From Candidatus Moraniibacteriota bacterium (lineage in GTDB: Bacteria; Patescibacteriota; Minisyncoccia; Moranbacterales; GWC2-37-73): a stretch of DNA of 45,192 nucleotides. The DNA is taken from the NCBI GenBank assembly GCA_036845785.1, contig DAIUDF010000004.1, positions 1 through 45,192 of the forward strand, read 5' to 3'. The translations under genes and the position numbers were made by a program. This document shows, one piece after another, positions 27,574 to 37,461 of this stretch (the stretch's first letter is position 1; each line of letters begins with the position of its first letter). Under the pieces are notes generated by a model that was given only the letters and a program-made list of their open reading frames with translations, was not told the origin of the DNA and made no database searches.

Positions 27574-27975
27574 ATGAAAGTATCTCCAGCGCAATATGCG
27601 CGAACATTATTAGAGCTGACAGAGAATAAGACTGAGAAAGAAATCAGCGCGGTGGTTTTGCGTTTTGCCGAGGTTATCAAAAGAGACGGGCAACTTAAAA
27701 ATGCCAAGATTATTACGGAAAAATTTTCTGATTTATATAATGAAAAACATGGAATTGTCGAGGCAGAAGTGATTACAAAAAGTAAAATAGATGACAAAGA
27801 ATTGAAGGAAGTCGAAAATTATATCAGAAAAAAATATGCAGCGAAAGAAGTGGTGGTGAAAAATGTTTTGGATGAAAGCATCCAAGGCGGAATGATTGTG
27901 AGAGTCGGGGATGAAGTGCTGGACGGATCGATAAGCGGGCAGCTGAGGAAGTTGAGGAAAGAATTGGTGAGATAA
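27574..27975 (+). CDS. atpH: ATP synthase F1 subunit delta (short form)
   Basis: QYARTL...VLDESIQGGMIVRVGDEVLDGSISGQL. Confidence 0.92.
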   Translation: MKVSPAQYARTLLELTENKTEKEISAVVLRFAEVIKRDGQLKNAKIITEKFSDLYNEKHGIVEAEVITKSKIDDKELKEVENYIRKKYAAKEVVVKNVLDESIQGGMIVRVGDEVLDGSISGQLRKLRKELVR

Positions 27976-27983
27976 AAGAATTT

Positions 27984-28009
27984 GTCATTCCCGCGAAAGC
28001 GGGAATCCA
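27984..28009. repeat. REP/dRS3-like palindrome
   Basis: GTCATTCCCGCGAAAGCGGGAATCCA fits ATTCCC-N8-GGGAAT. Confidence 0.75.
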
Positions 28010-28010
28010 G

Positions 28011-28306
28011 AAAGTTTTTTGAAATTCGTATACTAACTTTTCTTTCTAGAAAGAAAAGTTACAAAAGAAAGTCGCGCCAGGATGAAGATACTGTGGCAAG
28101 CGCTTCGTTCTTCGCTAAATTTTCTATTTCGGGCTCAGAGAAAATTTTTAACGCTCATCACTCGCGCTTTGTCCGCCTCGGCGAGCCTCGAGCGAGACGG
28201 GCCTACGTACTTCATATGGCGCCCTTGAAATGCGGAATGCAAATTCAAAAATGCAATTCAGGGTTTAATTGATTAAAAATTAAGCACTGATAGTACTTTT
28301 GAAAAA
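28011..28306. repeat. Dispersed MITE-like repeat, copy 2
   Basis: Starts AAAGTTTTTTGAAATT and ends CTGATAGTACTTTTGAAAAA. A 35-nt block at 28236-28270 is identical to 31642-31676. Confidence 0.8.
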
Positions 28307-28361
28307 ACTGCCGGCTTATTTAGATAGTTAAGCACGGCAGTCAATTAAAAAATTGGATGAT

Positions 28362-28664
28362 TTAGGATTTATAAAACTGTACAGCTATCCATACGTCAGT
28401 ATAAAATCCTGATGGAAATTTTGTTTTGTTGGTTAAGTTATATTCACCAAATAGTACGGCAGTAGCTTTTTCAAGAGAGAATTTGCTTAATTGTCTTTTT
28501 TGTATTATTTCAATTGCTTTTTTCTGGACAATTTCTTGATTAGGCTTTATATCTACCCACTCTCCTTTAATGTTAGAATTATCCCATTCACAGTCTTCAA
28601 TGGAAAAATTTAACAGTTTTGGTTTTCCAACAGGTTTTCCTTGAGGATTAATAAGTATTTTCAT
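28362..28664 (-). CDS. Hypothetical protein, antisense cargo inside the atp operon
   Basis: 100 aa, SD AAAGGAG, own promoter TTGACA(28753-28748)-N17-TATACT(28730-28725). Confidence 0.8.
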   Translation of the reverse strand: MKILINPQGKPVGKPKLLNFSIEDCEWDNSNIKGEWVDIKPNQEIVQKKAIEIIQKRQLSKFSLEKATAVLFGEYNLTNKTKFPSGFYTDVWIAVQFYKS

Positions 28665-28855
28665 AATATCTCCTTTTGTTAAAGAAATTTTTGTTTAATA
28701 ATTGTGATAAATTATCAACTTAATAGTATATTTTAGAATAAACAAAATGTCAAATATATATGCGGTTAAATTATTAATAAGTTCACGAGTTCACGAGTTT
28801 TTAAAATAACGCGTTAACCCGTTAACACTTTAATAAAGAATAATATAATAATATT

Positions 28856-30406
28856 ATGAACAAAGATTTTATCGTAGAACAACTTAAAAAACAAATCGAA
28901 AACTTCAAGACTGAAGTTGCGACGGAAAAAGTCGGCAAAGTGGTGGAGGTGGGCGATGGCGTGGCTCGCATTTCGGGACTCTCCGACATTATGGCTTCAG
29001 AAATGGTAGAATTTCCAAATGGTGAAATTGGAGTGGCGCTTAACTTGGAAGAAGATCGCGTGGGCGCAATGGTTTTGGGAAATTTTACGGAAATCAAGGA
29101 AGGCGACGAAGTGAAGGCGACTGGTAAAATTCTGTCTATTCCAGTGTCAGATTCCATGATTGGGAGAGTTATTAATCCTTTGGGTAGTCCAGTGGATAGC
29201 AAAGGCGAATTCAAAACGGATAAATATTATCCAGTGGAAAAAATTGCGCCAGGTGTTATTACCAGAAAAGGCGTGCATGAGCCGGTGCAAACCGGCATTA
29301 AAGCGATCGATGCTTTGATTCCAATTGGACGCGGACAACGCGAACTTATTATTGGTGACCGCCAGACTGGCAAGACTGCGATTGCTATCGACACTATCAT
29401 CAATCAGAAACCCGCCTCGACTCGCGGAGATGACCGCTCGTCGACGCGAGGCGGGGGGCAGAAACCCATGAAATGCATTTATGTAGCAGTCGGACAAAAG
29501 GAATCCAAGATTGCTCGCATCGTGGGCGAACTCGAAAAAAATGGCGCGATGGAATATACCACTGTGATTGTGGCGGGTGCTTCGGACAGTGCCGCGCTTT
29601 CCTACATTGCTCCGTATTCCGGTTGCGCGTTGGGCGAATATTTTATGGACAAAGGTGAAGACGTGCTCATAATTTTCGATGATCTTTCTCGTCATGCTTG
29701 GGCCTATCGTCAGATTTCTTTGATTTTGAAACGCCCACCAGGACGCGAAGCTTATCCGGGCGATGTTTTCTATCTGCACTCAAGACTTCTGGAAAGAAGC
29801 GCCAAGCTTAATGAAGATTTTGGCGGCGGTTCGATGACGGCTCTGCCAATCATTGAAACGCAAGCCGGCGACGTGTCCGCCTACATTCCAACCAACGTGA
29901 TTTCCATTACGGACGGACAAATTTTCTTGGAATCAGATTTATTTTATAAAGGTGTGCGACCAGCGCTCAACGTTGGTATTTCCGTTTCGCGTGTCGGTTC
30001 TAGCGCGCAGATTAAGGCGATGAAAAAAGTAGCCGGCAAACTTAAATTGGACTTGGCGCAGTTCCGCGAACTCGAAGCTTTTGCGCAGTTCGGATCAGAT
30101 TTGGATGAAAAAACCAAGGCACAAATCGAACGTGGCAGAAGGACAGTAGAAATTTTGAAACAAGGACAGTATGAACCAATGACAGTGGAACACCAAGTAG
30201 CTATTCTCTATGCCTTGGCCAATGGATTCCTGGATGATGTAGAAGTTGAAAAAGTCAGGGAATGGGAAAATGATTTCCATAAATTCATGGACGCGCAAGC
30301 CAAGGATGTTATCAAAGCAATTGGCGAGAAAAAAGAATTGAACGATGAAGTTGTGGCAGGATTGGAAAAAGCAATTAAAGAATTTAAAGAAGTTTATATG
30401 GAATAA
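28856..30406 (+). CDS. atpA: ATP synthase F1 subunit alpha, with 15-aa palindrome-encoded insert
   Basis: [42 protein letters not shown]. Confidence 0.98.
   Translation: MNKDFIVEQLKKQIENFKTEVATEKVGKVVEVGDGVARISGLSDIMASEMVEFPNGEIGVALNLEEDRVGAMVLGNFTEIKEGDEVKATGKILSIPVSDSMIGRVINPLGSPVDSKGEFKTDKYYPVEKIAPGVITRKGVHEPVQTGIKAIDALIPIGRGQRELIIGDRQTGKTAIAIDTIINQKPASTRGDDRSSTRGGGQKPMKCIYVAVGQKESKIARIVGELEKNGAMEYTTVIVAGASDSAALSYIAPYSGCALGEYFMDKGEDVLIIFDDLSRHAWAYRQISLILKRPPGREAYPGDVFYLHSRLLERSAKLNEDFGGGSMTALPIIETQAGDVSAYIPTNVISITDGQIFLESDLFYKGVRPALNVGISVSRVGSSAQIKAMKKVAGKLKLDLAQFRELEAFAQFGSDLDEKTKAQIERGRRTVEILKQGQYEPMTVEHQVAILYALANGFLDDVEVEKVREWENDFHKFMDAQAKDVIKAIGEKKELNDEVVAGLEKAIKEFKEVYME
29411..29455. 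repeat. In-frame palindromic element in atpA
   Basis: CCCGCCTCG...CGAGGCGGG, 45 nt, encodes [15 protein letters not shown] between NQK and [11 protein letters not shown]. Confidence 0.8.
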
Positions 30407-30412
30407 AATGTT

Positions 30413-31423
30413 ATGGCAAGTTCAAAAGACATTCGACGTCGAATAAAATCTATAAATAGCACCAAAAAAATAACTCGCGCTATGGAGATGGTTAGCGCTG
30501 CTAAAATGAGAAAAGCTGTTGCCAGCGTTATTGCGATTCGTCCTTATGCTCACAGCGCTTGGAGCGTACTGACTAATTTGGCCAGAGCTTATGAATCGCA
30601 TGGGCGCGGACTTTTGGAAATCAGGGAAGTCAAAAGCGTTTTGATTGTGGTGGTGACATCAAATCGCGGACTTTGCGGATCATTCAACACTCAAATTGCC
30701 AAAAAAATAAAAGATGAAATTTTGCATCCGGAAAAATTGAAAATCAACCGCATTAACGGTAAAAAATTGGATTCGAAAATTAAAGATGAAGACCTCCGGA
30801 TTGATTTTATTGTAATTGGGAAAAAAGGCGAGGGGATTGTGCGCAAACTTCACCCTGTTAAATCCGCCGAAGGCGGTCCTGCTTCGCAGGAATTTAACAG
30901 GGTAAAGCAGGAGATTATTGCTTCTTTTGCGGATGGCGGTCAATTTGTTTCAGCCAATGATATCAAACCGCTTTCCAAAATTGTGATTGATGATTATTTG
31001 AATAAAAAATATGACAAAGTAGTGGCGATTTATACCGACTATCTCTCAACGATTGTGCAGAAAACCCGTATTCGCCAGATTTTGCCGATTTCTAAAATTG
31101 ATATCGAAAAACAGATTGCTGAAATGGATGTGATTGCCAAAGAATATGGGCTTTCTGAGTCAGTAGTGGAATATAAAGTGGAACCGAGTCCGCGGGAAGT
31201 TTTGGAATTTATTATTCCGCGCCTGATTGAAATGCAGCTTTTCCATGCGATTTTGGAATCGAAAGCTTCGGAAGAAAGTGCGCGCATGATGGCGATGAGA
31301 AATGCGACGGATGCGGCGGGAGAAATGTCGGAAGATTTGACGTTGGCTTACAATCAGATCAGGCAGGGAAAAATTACGCAGGAAATCGCGGAGATCAGTG
31401 CTGGCCGCGCTGCTCTGGAATAA
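30413..31423 (+). CDS. atpG: ATP synthase F1 subunit gamma, with palindrome-encoded insert
   Basis: KKITRAMEMVSAAKMRKA, SNRGLCGSFN, RMMAMRNATD, RQGKITQEIAEI. Confidence 0.97.
   Translation: MASSKDIRRRIKSINSTKKITRAMEMVSAAKMRKAVASVIAIRPYAHSAWSVLTNLARAYESHGRGLLEIREVKSVLIVVVTSNRGLCGSFNTQIAKKIKDEILHPEKLKINRINGKKLDSKIKDEDLRIDFIVIGKKGEGIVRKLHPVKSAEGGPASQEFNRVKQEIIASFADGGQFVSANDIKPLSKIVIDDYLNKKYDKVVAIYTDYLSTIVQKTRIRQILPISKIDIEKQIAEMDVIAKEYGLSESVVEYKVEPSPREVLEFIIPRLIEMQLFHAILESKASEESARMMAMRNATDAAGEMSEDLTLAYNQIRQGKITQEIAEISAGRAALE
30850..30907. repeat. In-frame palindromic element in atpG (same family as the dus insert)
   Basis: ACCCTGTTAAAT/ATTTAACAGGGT (30852-30903). Encodes HPVKSAEGGPASQEFNRVK. 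Confidence 0.85.
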
Positions 31424-31707
31424 AAAGTTTTTTGAAATTAATTCTCCACTTTTCTTTTACGCAAAAGAAAAGTGGAAGAAAAGAAAACTTCGCACGCGGA
31501 TGAATTTCTGTGGCAAATTCTAAGCTCGTTCGCTAAAAAATCTAACTCGTCCCGCCAAGGCGGGACTCAGACAGAGATTTTTCTTAACGCTCATTCGCTT
31601 GAATTTGCTGACGAAATTCATAGTGTGCGGGAAATGCAAGAAATGCAAATTCAAAAATGCAATTCAGGGTTTAATTAAAATTAAATTCTGATAGTACTTT
31701 TGAAAAA
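31424..31707. repeat. Dispersed MITE-like repeat, copy 3
   Basis: Same left and right ends as 28011-28306. 5' half matches 26856-27050. Confidence 0.8.
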
Positions 31708-31760
31708 TAAAAAAAGTAGCCCATCCGGAAGATTCGGACAGGCCCTAGTTTAATATTTGA

Positions 31761-32024
31761 TTATTCTTCGTATTTTTTAAAATATTGAAATACTAAAATA
31801 ATCGAAAAAAATACGCCAAGTGTGTCAGGTGCAAGTATCCACCATGACTTTATTGTCACGGCATAGCATGCTCTGACCACATAAACACTTAGTGGAAGAG
31901 CGGTCATTAGAAAACTTAAACCACTCTTTCTTTCGCGATGGTTTTTTATGATTTGGCTGGGTAGCGCAACCAAGACCATCGAAACTGCTAAAATTAATGT
32001 AAAGAAACCAAATACATTTTCCAT
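31761..32024 (-). CDS. PQ-loop/SemiSWEET-like small transporter, antisense cargo inside the atp operon
   Basis: Three TMs, LPSQIIKNHRERKSGLS resembles the PQ-loop motif. SD GGAGG. Promoter TTGACT(32099-32094)-N17-TATAAT(32076-32071). Confidence 0.75.
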   Translation of the reverse strand: MENVFGFFTLILAVSMVLVALPSQIIKNHRERKSGLSFLMTALPLSVYVVRACYAVTIKSWWILAPDTLGVFFSIILVFQYFKKYEE

Positions 32025-32288
32025 TTTTATTCCTCCCGAAGAATATTTTGTATTTTTTTGCTAACTTTTAATTATACTCCAAAATAACGAAAAAGTCAAG
32101 CCCGCAAAGTTGCTTTGCAACCACGTGCCAAGGCCTTGGATTCTGATTAGTGGATTTTACCTAAAATAAGCCTAAAAAGTTATAAAGTTCATAAAGTTTA
32201 TAAAGTAAAATTCGTAAACTTTTAAATTTTGTAATTAATTGATAATTAGCTAACAAGCTAAAGAAGCTAGTGAAGCTAATGAAGCTAA

Positions 32289-33662
<1,374 letters not shown>

Positions 33663-33674
33663 TTTTTTAATTTT

Positions 33675-34115
33675 ATGGGTTTACAAATAAATTTCAAAAT
33701 AATAACTCCGGAAAAGGTTGTTTATGAAAATGAAGTTGATCAAGCAACATTGCCGGTAGCCAATGGAGAAGTGACAATTCTGCCGAACCACAGAAGCTAT
33801 ATTGCTTCTCTTAAGCCTGGAGAGATCAGGCTGAAAATGGGAGAAAAGGAAAAACTGTTGGCGACTTCCGGAGGCTTTATTGAATTTAATAAGAATACGC
33901 TTATAGTGTTGGCTGACACAGCAGAACGTGCTTCTGAAATTGATCTTAAGCGAGCCGAAGAAACCGCTAGGCAAAGAGCGGAAGAACTCAAAAAAGAAAA
34001 AATCACCATGAGTGAAATGGAATATGCCAAAGTGGCAGCGGCGATTGAAAAAGAATGGGCGCGGGTCAGAGTGGCCAAAAAGCATCACAGTAAACATGGG
34101 ATAAAAATAGATTAA
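33675..34115 (+). CDS. atpC: ATP synthase F1 subunit epsilon
   Basis: FKIITPEK, GEVTILPNH, SGGFIE, VLADTAERASEID. Confidence 0.95.
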   Translation: MGLQINFKIITPEKVVYENEVDQATLPVANGEVTILPNHRSYIASLKPGEIRLKMGEKEKLLATSGGFIEFNKNTLIVLADTAERASEIDLKRAEETARQRAEELKKEKITMSEMEYAKVAAAIEKEWARVRVAKKHHSKHGIKID

Positions 34116-34122
34116 TATAATT

Positions 34123-34250
34123 AATGACAAATGACTAATTTCCAATGTCAATTCAATGTCAAAAACCAAATTTCAAATAAATAATTAAAGTATTTTTTGT
34201 CATTTGGATTTAGGATTTTATTTGTCATTAGTCATTAGAAATTTGACATT
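34123..34250. repeat. AATGAC/AATGTC-type inverted oligomer repeat
   Basis: AATGACAAATGACTAAT..AATGTCAA mirrored by TTGTCATTAGTCATT..TTGACATT. Confidence 0.75.
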
Positions 34251-34262
34251 AAAATTATTCTT

Positions 34263-34703
34263 ATGAAACTATTATTTGGCTATAAGGATGTTCACTCTTG
34301 CGAAGCTGTGGTTTTGTGCTGCATTGATTTCCGTTTTTGGAAAGAAACCGTGGAATTTGTGGAAAAAGAATTAGGGATAAAAAGTTTTGATTTTCCATCG
34401 CTGCCAGGTTCTGCTAAGGCCATCAATGAAAGTCAGGATGAAACATTTGTTTTCGGATGCATAGACGTTCCCGTCAACCTGCATCATGCCAAAAAAATTG
34501 TTATTGTAAATCATCAGGACTGCGGTGCTTATGGCGGATCAGCAAATTTCAATGGCGATGACGAAGCTGAACAAAAATTTCATACGGAAGAACTTCAAAA
34601 AGCCAAAGAAAAATTGTCAGCCAAATATTCAGACAAAGAAATTATTTTGGTTTATGCTGTCCTGGACGAAGAAAAGAAAAATATTGAATTTAAATTGGTT
34701 TAA
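34263..34703 (+). CDS. Beta-carbonic-anhydrase-like protein
   Basis: CIDFRF and HQDCGAY Zn-ligand motifs. Confidence 0.82.
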   Translation: MKLLFGYKDVHSCEAVVLCCIDFRFWKETVEFVEKELGIKSFDFPSLPGSAKAINESQDETFVFGCIDVPVNLHHAKKIVIVNHQDCGAYGGSANFNGDDEAEQKFHTEELQKAKEKLSAKYSDKEIILVYAVLDEEKKNIEFKLV

Positions 34704-34798
34704 TTTTTACCGGAATTTTTTAACAGAATGCTTGCCGGATTTTTATTTTTTGCAAAATCATGTTATAATTTTAGAAACACAATTTAAATTAAAAAAAT

Positions 34799-35302
34799 AT
34801 GACAAAAATAAAAATAAATTTGTTTGAAAAAATATCAAAAAATAAAATAGCGATTGCACTGGGCGCAGCTTTTATTTTAATTGCGATATTGTCAGTCGGA
34901 ATTTTTGCAGAGCACAGGAAAATAGAAAAGATGCAGAAGATAGTTTACTCTAACACAAATCTATATAGCAAAATTTCAAATTTTCAACAAGCTGGTTTAG
35001 AAAAATCCTCAGTGGCGGAAAGTTCGGGAAATGCCCGGCCTGAAAAAAAACATAAAATATTTTCCGGATTCGCAAGCAACTTGGTAAACAGCAATTATGC
35101 CGGACAGAATATGCGTGATAATATCTGGTTAATTTTAGCGATCAAATCGATTTTTCTTGTAACCATGATGGCTATTTTGTTTGTTCTTATCAAAAGATCA
35201 ATTAAAAATTTTCGAAATAGAAACAAAAAGCCGTCTTCTCAGACAGTCAAACAGGCCGTGAAAAATAGACCTAGGGCAATAAAAAAGGCAAAAAGAAAAT
35301 AA
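34799..35302 (+). CDS. Hypothetical membrane protein
   Basis: Two TM segments, basic C-terminus. Hairpin at 35311-35340 downstream. Confidence 0.7.
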   Translation: MTKIKINLFEKISKNKIAIALGAAFILIAILSVGIFAEHRKIEKMQKIVYSNTNLYSKISNFQQAGLEKSSVAESSGNARPEKKHKIFSGFASNLVNSNYAGQNMRDNIWLILAIKSIFLVTMMAILFVLIKRSIKNFRNRNKKPSSQTVKQAVKNRPRAIKKAKRK

Positions 35303-35340
35303 AAATAAACAAATCCCGCTAGAAATAGCGGGATTTTTTT

Positions 35341-35462
35341 GTGCCCGAAGAGAGACATCTCACTCGTTCCGACAAGTCGGAACTCTTTGAAACCTTGCGG
35401 TTTCAATGCTTCCACCGCGGGAAAACTCTTGTTTTCCCGACCCCTTTCTTTGTTCGAGTCTC
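35341..35462 (-). repeat. tRNA-tail element, copy 2 (tRNA-Leu flanks)
   Basis: Minus strand GAGACTCGAAC (inverted T-loop of the adjacent tRNA-Leu) + shared core + GTCTCTCTTCGGGCAC (direct copy of the tRNA 3' end). Confidence 0.85.
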
Positions 35463-35509
35463 AATCAACAAAAAACAAAAAACTTCCCAAAGGAAGTTTC
35501 TTGTTTTTG

Positions 35510-35591
35510 TGCCCGAAGAGAGACTCGAACTCTCATGGCTTGCGCCACACGATTTTGAGTCGTGCGTGTATACCAATTTCACCACTCGGGC
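35510..35591 (-). tRNA. tRNA-Leu(CAA)
   Basis: Acceptor GCCCGAG/TTCGGGC, anticodon arm CACGA-CTCAAAA-TCGTG, long variable arm, GAGAG-TTCGAGT-CTCTC T-arm. CCA not encoded. Confidence 0.96.
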
Positions 35592-35679
35592 TTATCAATT
35601 TTAGGCTTATTTAAAATATAATAACTCTTTAATAATAGGCATTTGAAAGTCATTTGTCAATGTGATATTATTATGGCGT

Positions 35680-36468
35680 ATGGCTAAAATAATTTCTCTT
35701 ATAAATCAAAAAGGGGGAGTCGGCAAAACCACGACCGCAATCAATATCGCAACCTATCTGGCAAGTGCCGGAAAGTTGGTGCTTTTGGTTGATTTGGATC
35801 CGCAGGGCAATGCTTCTTCCGGACTTGGAATTGATGTCCGCAATTTGGAAAAAGGCATCTATCATGCTCTAGTTGGCGGAGAAAATCCGCGCAATATTAT
35901 TATGCGCATCAATGATTCAGGGCATGATCTTCTACCTTCATCACAAGACTTGGCTGGTGCCGGTATAGAAATGGTGCATTTTGACAATCGGGAATTTAAA
36001 CTATATGACGTGCTCAGGCAAATCAGAACAGATTACGATTACATTATTATAGACAGTCCGCCGAGCCTGGGACTTTTGACTATCAACGGACTGGTGGCCA
36101 GCGACGAAGTTTTAATTCCGGTGCAAACTGAATATTACGCTTTGGAAGGGCTTAGTCAATTGCTTCAAACAATCGAATTGGTGCAAAAACATTTGCAGCC
36201 AAATCTGAAAATTATGGGAGCCGTGCTTACTATGTATGACAAGAGAAATCGTTTAGCACGCCAAGTTGTCAGAGAAATGCGTAATCATTTTCCGGGGCAT
36301 GTTTTCGAAAGCGTAATTCCTAGAAGCGTGCGATTGGCGGAAGCGCCGAGTTTTGGCAAATCAATTTTAAATTTTGACAGTCTTTCCAAGGGTGCCAGGG
36401 CATATAAAAATCTGGTCAGAGAAATTTTGGAAAAACATGAAAGCGAAAAGAAAAAATTCAGCGTATAA
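35680..36468 (+). CDS. parA: ParA/Soj ATPase
   Basis: NQKGGVGKTTT, DLDPQGNAS, DSPPSLGLL, IPRSVRLAEAPSFG. Confidence 0.96.
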   Translation: MAKIISLINQKGGVGKTTTAINIATYLASAGKLVLLVDLDPQGNASSGLGIDVRNLEKGIYHALVGGENPRNIIMRINDSGHDLLPSSQDLAGAGIEMVHFDNREFKLYDVLRQIRTDYDYIIIDSPPSLGLLTINGLVASDEVLIPVQTEYYALEGLSQLLQTIELVQKHLQPNLKIMGAVLTMYDKRNRLARQVVREMRNHFPGHVFESVIPRSVRLAEAPSFGKSILNFDSLSKGARAYKNLVREILEKHESEKKKFSV

Positions 36469-36495
36469 GTTTGCTAATTATATTTAAATAAATTT

Positions 36496-37398
36496 ATGAG
36501 TCAGCAATTTGGTCTCGGCAGAGGTCTTTCATCATTAATTCCCAACAAACAGCCTGCGCAAAAAAGCGCTGACGAATTTTCTAAACGCGTAATAGGTGGT
36601 GCCGATGAGGCGATTCGTGGCGATAAATATGTCATTGAAATTGATGTTAATCAGATTATTGCTAATCCGCATCAGCCACGCAAGCAATTCGATGATGAAA
36701 GGCTGGAAAATCTAGCACAATCCATCAAGATGCATGGCATAATCCAGCCCCTGATTGTCAGCAAGAACGGCGGCCAGTATGAACTTATTGCGGGAGAACG
36801 CAGGCTTCAGGCAGCTAAACGGCTAGGGCTTAAAAAAGTTCCGGTCATTGTGCGGGAAGCCGATGAAATGCAAAAATTGGAGCTCGCTATAGTTGAAAAT
36901 ATTCAGCGGCACGACCTTAATCCAATTGAAGAAGGCAGAGCATATCAGAAACTTATTGACGAATTTCAAATGGGACAGGAAGAAATTGCCCAAAAAATGG
37001 GAAAAAGCCGAAGCCTGGTGGCCAATAAAATCCGCCTTCTGAATTTGCCAATGGAAATCCAAAAAGGTTTGATTGATGGAAAAATTACCGAAGGTCATGC
37101 CAAAGCCATTCTTTCAGTGGATAACCCGGAAAAGCAAAGAGCGCTCTATGAACTGATCCTAAAAAGCAATTTGACAGTGAGGCAAATTGAAGGCAAAACG
37201 CAGGAAATTTCCGTGAAATCTCACAAACGTAAGGTCAATATTGACCCGCAGATGAAACAATTGGAAAATGCTTTAATAGAAATACTGGGCACTAAAGTTA
37301 AAATTTCCAAAGCCGGAGACGGTGGAAAAATTATAATTGAATATTATTCTAAAGAAGACCTGGAATCGCTTTTGAAGAAATTTTCGCAAGAAAAATAA
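36496..37398 (+). CDS. parB: ParB/Spo0J partition protein
   Basis: GLGRGLSSL, NPHQPRK, IAGERRLQA, ENIQRHDLNPIEE. Confidence 0.96.
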   Translation: MSQQFGLGRGLSSLIPNKQPAQKSADEFSKRVIGGADEAIRGDKYVIEIDVNQIIANPHQPRKQFDDERLENLAQSIKMHGIIQPLIVSKNGGQYELIAGERRLQAAKRLGLKKVPVIVREADEMQKLELAIVENIQRHDLNPIEEGRAYQKLIDEFQMGQEEIAQKMGKSRSLVANKIRLLNLPMEIQKGLIDGKITEGHAKAILSVDNPEKQRALYELILKSNLTVRQIEGKTQEISVKSHKRKVNIDPQMKQLENALIEILGTKVKISKAGDGGKIIIEYYSKEDLESLLKKFSQEK

Positions 37399-37417
37399 AT
37401 TTTTGAAAACTGTCCCA

Positions 37418-37446
37418 CAAAAAATCCCGACTTACTCGGGATTTTG
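37418..37446. terminator. Bidirectional terminator between convergent parB and rel
   Basis: AAAATCCCGA-cttac-TCGGGATTTT. Confidence 0.75.
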
Positions 37447-37461
37447 TATTTGAAAAATATT

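Noticed and set aside
27982-28272. ORFs 27982..28272 and 31472..31678 sharing QIQKCNSGFN
   Set aside because: Both lie wholly within repeat copies and diverge by indels. They are treated as repeat-derived, though translation is not excluded.
35600-37460. parS sites or DnaA-box cluster near parAB
   Set aside because: No TGTTTCACGTGAAACA-like palindrome or TTATCCACA cluster seen by eye.
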